From contig RHPI01003491.1 in NCBI GenBank assembly GCA_009103225.1, positions 100,450 to 164,449 on the forward strand: a stretch of DNA of 64,000 bases, read 5' to 3'. How positions within the stretch are numbered: position 1 is the first letter of the stretch; each line of letters begins with the position of its first letter. Shown here piece after piece: positions 27,190 through 40,701 of the stretch. Both the position numbers and the translations under genes were made by a program. The notes beneath the pieces are model-generated. The model was not told the DNA's origin and ran no database searches. It saw only the letters and a list, made by a program, of their open reading frames with translations. Source of the stretch: Chlorokybus atmophyticus (lineage: Eukaryota > Plantae > Mesostigma and Chlorokybus algae).

Positions 27190-27720
27190 GCTTTGCACCA
27201 TGCATTGTGCGACATGTTGACGACTTGTTTGTTGCAGGCATATCCAAGTTCCAGCAAGCGCTGTATTTGTCACTTGATGCTCATGGTCACTCAGTTAACA
27301 GCAGGCAACGCAGTGCCGTTCTTAGACTTACGTGTTCCAGACCAAGGAAGTTCGTGTGTGCACGAAGGTCTACAACAAGCGATTGCAAGCGGCATATGAG
27401 GGTGTGCTAGTATGAAGGGCCCCCCACCCGCCTTCCAACATAGCAAGATCAACCAAAGAGGGAGTTATCGTGTCACAGTGCATTCGTACTCTCCGCATTT
27501 GCACTTACCGCTCGCATTTTTTGTCGAAAATGGTGGTGCTGCTGAATGCTATGTATGCTTATGGACACAATCAACGACATTCGTTGCGGAGGTTGCGGGG
27601 AAAGCTATGGAGCATGCAAGGACGAGCTTATGACACGGTCTACAAACAATTGTATAACATGGTGCTACAACGGTTTGGGACCGGTGCAAGCAAAACAAGT
27701 AAGTTATATGTAAGTTGAGG
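27190..27720 (+). mobile_element. 5'-truncated Penelope-like element RT C-terminus
   Basis: IVRHVDDLFVAG, AVPFLDLRV, TKVYNKR, RAPHPPSNIARSTKEGVIVSQCIRTLRICTYRSHF..LLNAMYAYG; the frame ends shortly after the thumb with no C-terminal GIY-YIG visible. Confidence 0.8.
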
Positions 27721-29118
27721 GTAAGTGCGGTGTGGGGAGCAGATACGCTGCCCGCATACATGAGATCACTGCCTGCTAGACTTGCCGCTGCTCACTTGGG
27801 ATGCTACTGCTATGCTGGCTGTACATGTCACACACCAACTCAGCACACCGCATTCAGCATGCTTTACATATAACACCACCGGGCTATACTCTGCGCTACT
27901 CACGCAGCACACGCACAGCACTGCGAAAAGGGAGTGCGACGTGCTGTGCGTATGCATGCTGCGCGCTAATGGGCGCAAACCCTAACGACGCAGCCACAGC
28001 AGGGTGTATGACGCAGTTGTGGGTGGAGGTGGTCATTTGGGCGGAGGAGGAGGGGGAGTCCGTTGGGTCTGCTGCTGCTGCTGCTGCTTCGGCTAAGACT
28101 GGGCCGCTAACCAACGGCTGTTGTGCAGGTGAACGCATATGCATGTGCATGCTTACATGGCTAACGGGGTGGTAGGGATTGCGCAGCGTGTGAGGTAGTA
28201 AATGAACCCGATGATCAACCTGACAATGGTGTTGTTGGTATGCGCTATGTCGCTCTGCATGCTGCTGACTGTGCATGCCACTATGCATGTGCATTGCCGT
28301 TTCGCATTGTATGTACATACCTCGCTAGACATGCATGGCAATCACACTGTCTTTACCTACACGCATGTGCAGCTAGGTGGTCTTTAGCGTCTTTGCAGCA
28401 GCTTGAACAGCAGGCATACTCCCACTCCCACTCTTCTTTGTCCACACCCATCCTTGTATCCTATATTTTATACACCCTTTCTCCCGCCATCCCCTAGCAG
28501 TTCTGCTGCGTCAAACCCGCGTCCAAGGCCCCTCTGCCCTGCCCCTCTGCCCCACCCCTTCGGCAGCAGTGGTGCTGGCGAGTCATAAGGTCACGTTTGT
28601 ACAAAAATGCAAGTGATGCATGCGGTTAAGCATGGTGCAGCACTGACAGCGAACACTGACATGTCAATAATGACTGAGGGAGCGAGTTGTGCTTGGAGCA
28701 GGATAAATGTCCTACGACGTGGGGTGCAGCATAATCACGCGCAAAGCACATCAGATTAGTAATACATCACTGTTTTGTCAAGGTGGAACTGGAACAATAG
28801 TAAATATCAAAGATTGCAGCAATAGATAGGACACTAGCGTGCTGTTTCACATGCTAAGTGTACTGCAAAAGCAAAACAGTACACATTTACAGAACTAGCA
28901 AGTATCGCAGTTAGTCAAAAACTAAACTCCGCCCGCGCAATGCTTAAAGCTGGGACTCTAAACAGCGGAGAGTTCCTTCGCCTGCTCAATGGTGGAGCTG
29001 CAGGACAAGCTCCGCGTGAGGTCCAGAAGCATAGTTCTTACATGAGGTGGTGGCTATGCAACAGCGTGACCTATAGTGGAAATAAACAACCCCAGAGCCA
29101 CACTAACTTGGTGGGAAC

Positions 29119-31159
<2,041 letters not shown>

Positions 31160-31339
31160 GGTGGCGACGGCGACAGACCCTCTCCGCAAGCTTGCCTTCC
31201 GCTACACCCACAATATCACTTACACCTCCGCTTTGCTTGATGCTCACGCAACTCACTCACTCACTTGGGTTGTGGCTGTCACTGGCTGTGGTTGGCTGGC
31301 CCAGACAGGCTGGCCGCGCGGCGCCAGTGCAAAACAGCA

Positions 31340-31347
31340 GGATAAGG
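31340..31347. promoter_or_regulatory. Candidate I-box (GGATAAGG) upstream of GAPA
   Basis: Motif about 180 bp upstream of the GAPA ATG; I-boxes are typical of light-regulated promoters, but the match is short. Confidence 0.3.
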
Positions 31348-32719
31348 CCTCCGCATCACATGGGTCGCGTGATGGACTCTTTGGATTGCGACGGACTGCG
31401 CCGGTCAAGCAAGCCGGAGTTCCATCAGCGACCGCCATAATAACTTGTCAAAGGGGTCTGACTTTTCGTCAAAGAGTATTTGAGGCTTGAATCATCCATG
31501 CCGGATGAAGTTGACGGATGTCATCCGGCAAGGTGTAAACTACCAGCGACGATGCTGACAGCAAGCGGCGCTCGGCCGCCGGCGTTGCGGTACGTATAAC
31601 GCCAGCAGCATGACAATTGATTTGTGCTTCACATGGGTAAATGTGGGATGGTCAAATGACACACTGAATGTGCTTCACATGATATTTTAGGGCACGGGAG
31701 TCCATGATACCTTATAGTAATGATTTATGACAAGCGCACAACAATGCACTCACATCACTACACATTTTATTTTAGCACCACCATCACCACCTCAGTCTAC
31801 ATGGATTTCATGCTACGTAATAAAAATGTAAAAGCATGGGCAGGGCAGGCAAAATGGAGCAGCGGGGTAACGCGCAGCAGTGGACTTGTATAATTAGCAC
31901 GCATGAACGTACACGATCTGTTTGTATTCCAAAACAAAAAAGGCATATATATGCGAAGAGCAAAACAAAGACTTACTTACAGAGTTTGCAAAAATTGTTT
32001 AAATTACCTCGATGTATCCAATTCACAATACAATATATTATGTTTATTCATTTACGGAGTATTAGGAGTTCATCGGTAAGTTTATTATTAAAGTTTATTT
32101 AAAAGGTAATAAGGAGTAAAATGCATTTGTATTCATGTTTAACATTATGTAACATGACATGAATTATTGCATTTGCAATAGCACGTCTTCAGGTACGGAG
32201 GTTGCAATCATATATTTGCTGAAAAAGTCAACATACATTAACATAATGAGTGACATCACAGTCAAATCCATGCATGATGCCACACATGCTGATATAAGCC
32301 GCTGCAATAAGTGCAAAAATTGTCAGGCTGTTGCTTCATTGATCATTCTGCTGTATTGGATTCATACTCTATTAAGCACATGAAAGCATTGGAGGTGGGG
32401 GAGCATACAAACCATGGCATTCATGCATTGTGTAACATGGCGCCTTACCCCTTGAATAGTAAAAGTCGCTAAGGTAGCACATGTCTCATAATCATATATG
32501 TATAAGGTGTAATAAAGTATGCACCCTAGCTGCCCAGCTATGACACATGCAGTGTATAATAATAAAAATATACATCATATAGACTACCCATACCTATATT
32601 CACCCACATGGCTGTATTATAACAACACGGCTCCATTAATGCAGTGCCATATAAGCAGCCGCGCAGGTGCTGTACAACAATTTAGAGGGGCTCAGTCAGT
32701 CAGCGTCGTTGTCATGCAC

Positions 32720-33513
32720 TGTCATGCGCGAGCATGTAGTGTCATGTGCATGATGCCCTCGGGGCTGGCGACATGGATGGACCTTGGGATTTTGGCTCTC
32801 ATAGCCATTTTACATGGTTTATGTGTTGGGTTTTCATTGGGAACTCATGTTTGGGTCCTCATGGACGTGAGGGAGGTGTGTTCGAGGCGTATCCACAGTC
32901 AGATACGGAGCTGACAGCATATTTGGGTCACTATGGTATCTCGCACAGCTGTTTCGGAGTTGTGACTTTAAGAAGCCGTAACTTACAGTTGGAGTGGCGG
33001 TTTGGCCATGGGTTGGCGTCAAAAGATACGTCTTGAAGTGTACTTGAAGAGGATGAGCTTGGATAAGCCTTTCCTACCTGTTTACCGTTACTTATCAACG
33101 CCACCATGACTGTTACTATGCTGGTGCAGATTGACAGTTAGGGTAGTTGGAGAGTTGGTTGGGCTTGAGCTCAACGGTGGTATATAAGGCTTTGCTAGCT
33201 TGTTTCCTAGTTTGGTTGGATGCAAGTTGGCCTACTGGAGTGCAAGCAACACCTTTGGGAAGAGGTTCTTGGCTGAGCGGATGCGTGTGCACATGCTTGC
33301 ATGTATGGCGTGTGTGCACGTGTTCGTTGCTGTGCGTTGCTGTGCATGAAGGGGTGTGTGTCACTGTTGCGACTTTGATGCACCGTATGGGCTGCCTTAG
33401 CATGTACTTTGAGTGAGGATTGAGTTGGGACTGCTCTACACAAGTGAACGGCTGATTGCAAGTCAAGTTGTGGTCTACTTGCCTACCTTTTGCAAGGGGA
33501 CACGCATCTTTCA
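32720..33513 (+). repeat. LTR segment A1 (U3 remainder-R-U5)
   Basis: First 201 bp repeated at 40860-41060; contains TATATAA at 33181; ends TTTCA just before the putative self-priming site. Confidence 0.8.
33181..33187 (+). promoter_or_regulatory. TATA box of the element's promoter
   Basis: TATATAA 33 nt upstream of the segment complementary to the PBS (inferred TSS about 33214). Confidence 0.65.
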
Positions 33514-33526
33514 CTTGCATCCAACC
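33514..33526 (+). promoter_or_regulatory. Self-priming primer binding site (Tf1-type)
   Basis: ACTTGCATCCAACC (33513-33526) is the exact 14-nt reverse complement of GGTTGGATGCAAGT (33214-33227); no TGG-type tRNA PBS lies between the LTR and gag. Confidence 0.75.
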
Positions 33527-33572
33527 CATCAGCTGAGTTTGCTCGAGGTAGAAGCGAGTTGCAGGCGTGTTC

Positions 33573-35220
33573 ATGCCTTTGAGATCTGGTGAGGACTGGC
33601 ACGAGAGACCCACGAAGGCGGCTTTGAAGAGAAGAGCGCCGAGAGGGACGATCACTCCGGTGGTGGAGGGCGTCGCCGAAGAGGTGGAGTTGTCGAGTGA
33701 CGAGGAGTCCGACATCGAGGACAAGGGTGGAGAGATGCCTGATTCAGCTTCAATCATGGATAGCACACCGAGATTCAGTTAGTGGGAGGCCCGGCACGGC
33801 GGACCTACGCGACTTCATCGACCGCCTCGACTCCGAGATGGTCAAGTGGGAGTATCGGGACAAGTCGGGGTGGGACGAGCACAAAGCCTTCAAGATGTTG
33901 CCTCTATACCTCAAAGATGAAGCCCTTGGCACGTGGAGAGAGTTCAAGGAGCAGCTGGAGGTGAGGGAGAGGGCGTTGCGGCTCGGTGCACCGGCTGCGT
34001 TTGAAGCGGAGTGGAAGAAGGAGCAGCCCGTGACTGAGTTCAAGGCGCTCTTGGGGAAGACCTACCCACAATCAACACCCGCCAAGGTTCGTGAGCTGAG
34101 TTTCTTCAAGCGCAACGCCGGGGAGACGGCGAGGATGATGTATACGCGCATGCTCAAGCTCTTGACGGACACGGACTACAAGGTGATGACGGATCAGACC
34201 GCGGCGGTTGTGTACCTTCAACAACTAGAGGCGGACTTGAGGCTGAAGGTGGAGACCATGTTGACCACTCAGTCCGAGTTTGGCACATACACGCTTGCGG
34301 ATGTCTTCAAGGTGGCCGAGACGGCAGAAATTCAGCATGAGTACCTCAAAAACATTGACCGACAGCGTCGGGGGTTGAAGTTGCTTGAGATTTTGGAGGA
34401 GAAGAGCTCTTCCAAGCCCGCGGCAACATCGGCGGCAAGCAAGGCAGCTGGTGGGAAGCCAAAGGAGTTCAAGCATGCCAACAACGCGGTTGTGGAAGGT
34501 GTGTCGGGTGCCAAATGCTGGTCGTGTGGAGAGCAAGGCCATATTGCAAGGGATTGTGGGAAAGGCAAGAAGGTGGTGTGCTCTCATTGCAAGAAGGGTG
34601 GGCATGTTGATGCCAAGTGTTGGAGTAAGCATCCAGAGCTGCGTCCACAACAAGGAGCGGCAGTCGGAGCTCACTCGAGTGTGAGAGCGGAGCCATCAAT
34701 GTCGGAGGTGACAAGGGCATTGGCGGCAATGCAATCGGAGTATGCATCGTTGAAGAGCATGCTCGAGCGAGGGAAATGGCCCGAGAGAGGAGCGGAGGAT
34801 AAGCCAAGCAGCTCCGGAGGTTACCTCGCGTATAGTGCGCTCTCCGGAGGCACTAAGGTGGCAGCGGTTGCGACGACGAGAGCGTCGGCACGCCGAAACG
34901 CTGCCCCAGCTCCCCCGACTAGGATGGTTGAGGAGGAGGCCGCGCCCGTCCGCGAGGAGGGTGTGGATCATGATAGGATGCGGGCACCAGCTGCACGCAT
35001 GCCTATGTCATTTAAGTTGCTGCCAACAACCCCGTTGGAGCAAGAGAGTTCGCGCTCGGAGGGTGCGAAAGTGCAGCCGACTGCTACGGCAACGGCGCGA
35101 CATGATGTCGGCATCGGTGGCGGTGGTGAGCACAAGAGAGTGGAGGAGCTGCTACAGATGTGTAAAGCTTCTCGAGGGTGCCAAGATGCTTTCCCAACAG
35201 CCCGCAACTCAAGCCAATGA
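33573..35220 (+). CDS. gag: Gag with two CCHC zinc knuckles; frameshifted by a 4-nt duplication
   Basis: Removing TAGT at 33780-83 restores TPRFSGRPGTADLRDFIDRL; knuckles CWSCGEQGHIARDC and CSHCKKGGHVDAKC. Confidence 0.9.
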
Positions 35221-38200
35221 AGAAAACTTGGAGTTGACGGCGCCGTTGGAGAGCGTTGCGGCGGAGCTGGTCGGGCAGCCGCTTGTTTGCTTGAAGGACC
35301 TTGGAGTCAGCAAGGAACACGTGATGGAGCTGTTGCAAAGTGCTCTAGACACCACTAGGACTGCCTCGACAAAGTCTCATGACCATATGAGCAAGTCTCA
35401 TGAAGATATGGTGGCGCAAGCAGGCCGTATGGTTGCGCGCGCGGAGCTGGCGGCGCCCGAGGGGTCCGCGTCGGCGTCGAGTTCTCTCACTCAGCTTGAA
35501 GACAAGCTGGAGGAAGGTGTGGGGAGTGTAGGAGGGATGTTGGCAATGCTTCCCGCCACTCGGCCGGCCTTGAGAGAGAAGATATCGCCGAATGTGGCGA
35601 TGGTGGACAACCGTGGGGGGCACATCAGCCTAGACGGCTTCGTGCCAGATGTTGGCTTGGTGGATACAGGTGCACAACCTGTCAATATGGGTGCTAGAGC
35701 TGTCAAGGGGATGGGACTCAGCCCCAAGGAGTGGGAGCCATGCCCGGTCATGATCAATACCTCGGCGGGGACCGTAGAGGCCGTGTGCGGCATAACGGTG
35801 CAGCCGGTGGACATATGCTTGACTGCGGTGGGAGGTGCTACCACGTCCTTCAAGGTTCGATGCCTCATCACGGATGCGAAGGGGTACGATGTGCTGCTCG
35901 GACAAGACTTCTTGTTCCCCGTCGGCGGCGGCGTTGACAATTGGATCGAACAAGGGTTCTTTCGGCCGCGTTGGCGTGTGGGTGGAGGTGAGAAGGCCTA
36001 TTTTCCGTTGAGCATCACACAAGGGGGTCTTGAGAGGTCTCCAACCTCTGCATCTGCTGTGTGGGCGTGCTTGAGTCGCCGTTCAGTCAAGGGATGGCTT
36101 GGTGACAGCACCGACATGTACTATGACCATGTGGAGGAGGGGGAGAGTGTCCTCGCACACATGGAGGAGGGGAGACCTCCGGAGCTGGTCTATATGGCGC
36201 AAACTCAGTCACAAGAGCTGGAGTTGGCTTCACAACATCGTGCTCAGCGGCAACAAGAGGCTCAAGACAAGGTTAGCCAAGCATGGATGAAGGATGTGAT
36301 GGCATTGGAGCCGCCATTAATGCCCGAGGGTGTGAGAGCTGTTCATCCGCCTATCAACTACAGCACCGTCGAGTGGAAGGTCCCCGAGGAGGGTGTTGTG
36401 ATGGTAGAGCTATTTGATGGCATTGCAAGTGGGCTTGCGGCCGCGTTGAACGCCGGCATCAAGGTGCGGCGCTATATCTATGTGGACCCTTCGCCAACGG
36501 CGCAACAAGGTGCACAACATCATGTGAGGATGTTGTTGAAGAAGTATCCAGATCTGCTACATGAGGATGCGGTGAAGGGCTTTCAAAGCACATGGCCGCA
36601 AGACATTTGCTTGATAGGGCCACATCAACTTGCAGCTATCGGCCATGTGGATTTGCTTGTAGCCGGGTGGGAATGCCAAGGGCATTCACGGGCTGGTCAT
36701 GGCAAAGGATTGATGGATGCGCGCTCGTCATTGTTTTGGGAGTTAGTGCGCATCATCAACATGATTCAGCAAGGACAAGAGCAGCCCATGGCGTACATCG
36801 TCGAGAATGTACCAGCTGAAGATGACAAGCGCAAGCGCGTGCGAGAAGACTATCAGCTGGTGAGACATGTGCTAGGCCATGAGCTGGTCATGGATGCGGC
36901 ACGGCATGGTTCGCGCGCGCATCGGCTGCGTGTGAAGTGGACAAACCTCGCGCCGGTTGAGTTGCTTCGCACGGTGCAGCAAGAGTACTCTAGACCGCAA
37001 GGTTTGACAGTCAACCAGGTGCTGGAGCATGGGCGCACAGCACAACAGGTCAGCAAGGCTGATCGGCCGCCTCAAGAGGTGGTGAACCAGGTCGGGCACG
37101 ACATGGCGGCGCTGCCGACATTGGTGACATACCCAGGCTCTTATGCATTCCGCAAGGGAGGGCCAGGGCTGGTGTGGGACTCACAGAACAGCAGGTTGGA
37201 AGAGCCAACAGCTGGTGAGCGCGAGCGTGCGATGGGGTTCTTGTCCGGTGCGACAGCGGCGCCGGGACTGAGTGAACAACAGCGTCGAGTGCTGCTAGGG
37301 CAAGCCATGGACCAGAATAGCATGGTGTGGCTTATGGTTGTCTGCCTGGCGGCACAGGAGTTAGTAGCAAGCATCATGCCGATGCGACAGCAAGCACGTC
37401 GGGAGCCTGCGCCTCTGTCGAGGGGGTGGGAGCATTGTGTACATAATGAGGAGAGTAAGGGGGTGTCTTTTTCGCCTGTGACAGCTGCAAGTGGCAAGAA
37501 AGCGGCTGTAGATGGTGCCTTGAAGCAGGAGAAGGCCACTGACCAGACCATGGAGTGGTGTATAGGCGAGCATGTGACACCGCATGAGCGTGAGTGGCTC
37601 GAGGCATTGTTGGCGCGCAAGCGTGACTGCTTTGCCTACTCTACCAAGGAGTTGGGAGTCTGCAACTTCTACACAATGGACATTGAGTTGACCTCTCCGG
37701 AGCCCATCTTTCGTCGGCAGTATCGGCTGAGCAAGGTGGAGAAGGAGTTTGTGGCAGAAAAGTGTGTTGACTTGTTGGAGGCTGGACTCATTGAGGAGTC
37801 AACCTCGGACTTCGCGCCGACAGTGTTGCCGTTGAAGAAGGATGCACAGGGAAATTGGACCTCAAGGAGGATGTGTGGTGACTATCGGCCATTGAATGAG
37901 AAGACCAAGGCTGATCGGTACCCTATGCCTATCCCTGAGGCTATCTTTGATGACATCGGTGATGCAAAGGTGTTCTCCATCGTGGACTTGAGGCAGGGCT
38001 TCAACCAGATCGCCATCAAGCCCGAGGATCGTGGCAAGACAGCGTTTTGGGGAGTGGACTAGCTCTACCAATGGAAGGTCATGCCGTTCGGCTTGAAGAA
38101 TGCGCCTGTGAAGTTTCAGCGTGTGATGGACCGTGTGCTTCGTGGTCTACCCTTCGCAAGGTGCTACATAGATGACATCTTGGTGTTTAGCCACACGATG

Positions 38201-40645
38201 GAGGAGCATCTCGTGCACTTGGAGCGCGTGTTCGAGCGCGTGCGCGAGAGCGGCATGAGGTGTCACCCGGAGAAGTGCTTGTTTGGAGCTGATCGCATCC
38301 CGTATCTCGGCCATGAGATAGTGCCGGATGGCGTCCGTGTGCAGCAAGCAAAGGTGGATGCCTTGGTGCAAGTGCCCGCACCGACGGACATTAGCCGGCT
38401 TCGAGCGTTTCTCGGCTTGGCGAACTACTATCGGAGGTTCGTGGAGGGGTATAGCAAGATTGCAAAGCCCTTAAATGAGTTGTTGAAGAAGGACAAGGCC
38501 TGGTGCTGGTCGGAGGAGTGCCAACGTGCCTTTGAGCTTCTCAAGGAGAAGCTATGCACCGCGCCGGTGTTGAGACGGGCGGACTACAACCGTCCCTTCA
38601 TCCTACACACGGATTGGAGCCGTTTGGGCATTGGGGCCGTGTTGTGTCAAAAGGATGATGATGGGAAGGAGTATGTGGTCGCGTATGGCAGCCGAAGCAA
38701 CAATAACGCTGAGGCAAACTACAGCTCCTATGAGGGGGAGTGTTTGGCAGTAGTTTGGGCCATAGTTCACTTCAGACCGTTCCTCTATGGCCGTCCCTTC
38801 ACACTCATCACCGACCACCAGCCCTTGAAGTGGTTGATGACCAATGACAAGCTCACGGGGAAGCATGCCAGGTGGGCGCTCATACTGCAAGAGTATGAGT
38901 TTGAGATTGAGCACCGAGCTGGTGTTGACAACATGGACGCGGATGGGCTGAGTAGGAACCCAAACCCTTCATCGTTGGATGAGAGTGAGGCGAGGCATGA
39001 CTATGGCATGCCCGTGGCTGGGTTTTTGGCCTACCGTGTGGCTTCTTTGCTGGTGTTGGCGGGTTCGGTGGAAGCATGCGCATCCATGCGCGCAAACGCA
39101 GCTGGAGATAGCGACAACAATGGTGTAATGCCGCCTTTGGAGGCTGCACCAGCCCCAACGGTCAATGACATTGAAGGGGAGGAAGCCGAGGCTTCAAAGG
39201 ACATTTGGAGGGATGAGCAAGTGCTTGCTCACCTCAAAACCGGGCTGTTCCAAGCTGGTTGCAGCACGGCGACGCGAGATCGCGTGTGGCAACGCGCGCA
39301 ACGCTATCGATGGGAGGGAAACCACCTTGTGCGCTTGATGCCGGATGGAGGTGTGAGGATTGTGCCTCAACCACATGAGAGGAAGCCGCTTGTGGAGCTG
39401 CTTCATGAGAGGATGGGCCACTTTGGTGTCAAGAGGACACTTGGGCTCGTGCAATCAGCATATTGGTGGGCTGGCATGAAGTCTACCGTGGCGGAAGTTG
39501 TTGCAAGCTGTGTGGAGTGCGACAGAGTGAAGGCAAGCTTCAATGCCAAGCACCCACAGCTGCACCCTCTACCTATTCAAGGACTTTTCTATCGGTGGAG
39601 CCTAGACCTGGCCGGAGATCTACCAGTCAGCAAGAGAGGCAACCGCTACGTGCTCGTGATGATAGAGCACTTCTCCAAGTGGGTCGAGGTCGTGGCGCTG
39701 CCATCGAAGGAGAGCAAGCTTGTGGCTGAGGCTTTCCTTGATCAAGTCCTTAGCAGATTCGGTGCTTGTGCTGAGGTTCTCACTGACCAAGGCACCGAGT
39801 TTCGTGGCCAGTTCGATGACTTGTTGGCGCAAGCCTTTATCGACCATCGAAGGACTTCTCGTGACCATCCTCAAGCCGATGGGCTTGCTGAGCGAATGGT
39901 ACAGGTGGTGAAGAAAGGGCTTCGCAAGTACTTTCTCAACCACAACAAGAGAGACTGGGACTTGGCGTTGCCATGGTTGGCAATGGGCTATCGCATGACG
40001 CGGCAGGCTGCGTTGAGCTCATACAGCCCCTATTTTTTGTTGTATGGGAGAGAGCCCATATTGCCAACATCAATCCGGAGACAGGTTGAGCAGGAGCTTG
40101 ACTTGGAGGATCCCAATGTGTGGGAGAAGGAGATGGCAAAGCGTGCGGAGCTGTTCCGGTGTGTGATGCCGATTGCACTTGGCAACTTGCAAGTGGCACA
40201 ACACCGCGACACGCTGCGCTATGCCAGGGTGAGGAGTGGCTTCTACAAGCCAAGACTGCAGAAGTTTCAGCCCGGAGACTTTGTCTACCTGCAGAGAAAG
40301 ACCAAGGACACGTTGGATACGAGTGCGAGCCGCACCATCCTTCGTGTGAAGAAGCTTCTCAACAACGGTGTGTTGTTGTTAGAGGGAGCTGATGCCAGGA
40401 CCACTAAGGAGCACATGAAGAGCTGCGCTCCTTGCCATCTGCCAAACGTGGATGACAGTGTGGATCCGGCTCTGGCAATACCAGATGTGGGCCACCGTTG
40501 TGAGCGGTGTGGCCGAGCGGAAGGCTGGGACACCATGCTGCTGTGCGACGGGTGTGTTGCCGGTTGGCACATGGAGTGCCTTCGTCCACCAGTTGAGGAG
40601 ATCCCTGATGGGACATGGTATTGTCCAGCGTGTACGAGGACTTGA
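35160..40645 (+). CDS. pol: Pol: protease - C5 DNA methyltransferase - RT - RNase H - DDE integrase - PHD; one in-frame TAG at 38060-62
   Basis: LVDTGAQ, YDVLLGQDFL; RRMCGDYRPLN, MPFGLKNAP, CYIDDILVFS; FILHTDWS; HERMGHFG...CVEC; WSLDLAG, LTDQGTEF, QADGLAERM. The stop falls in AFWGVD*LYQW. Confidence 0.95.
36395..37350 (+). other. DNMT3-like cytosine-5 methyltransferase domain within Pol
   Basis: Motif I ELFDGIASGL, II VRRYIYVD, IV AGWECQGHS (Cys 36674-76), VI IVENVP, VIII AHRLRVKWTNL, IX ERERAMGF, X RRVLLGQAM. Confidence 0.92.
40499..40633 (+). other. PHD finger at the integrase C-terminus
   Basis: CERC...MLLCDGC..GWHMECLRPPVEEIPDGTWYCPAC (C4HC3). Confidence 0.95.
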
Positions 40646-40692
40646 GTAGCGTGTGAGTCAGCTGAAGGCGCACGAGGGCGTTGACGCTCAGC

Positions 40693-40701
40693 TGCAGGGG
40701 G
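40693..40701 (+). promoter_or_regulatory. Polypurine tract
   Basis: GCAGGGGG run directly before the B1 start (TGGTGACAC). Confidence 0.6.

Noticed and set aside
31499-31531. REP-like palindrome GCCGGATGA...TCATCCGGC
   Set aside because: Single copy in a eukaryotic intergenic region; no supporting context.
32150-32345. Possible integrase fragment on the minus strand (CTYC, MDL, YVDFFSKYMIA)
   Set aside because: Short, AT-rich and needs several frameshifts; not enough to call.
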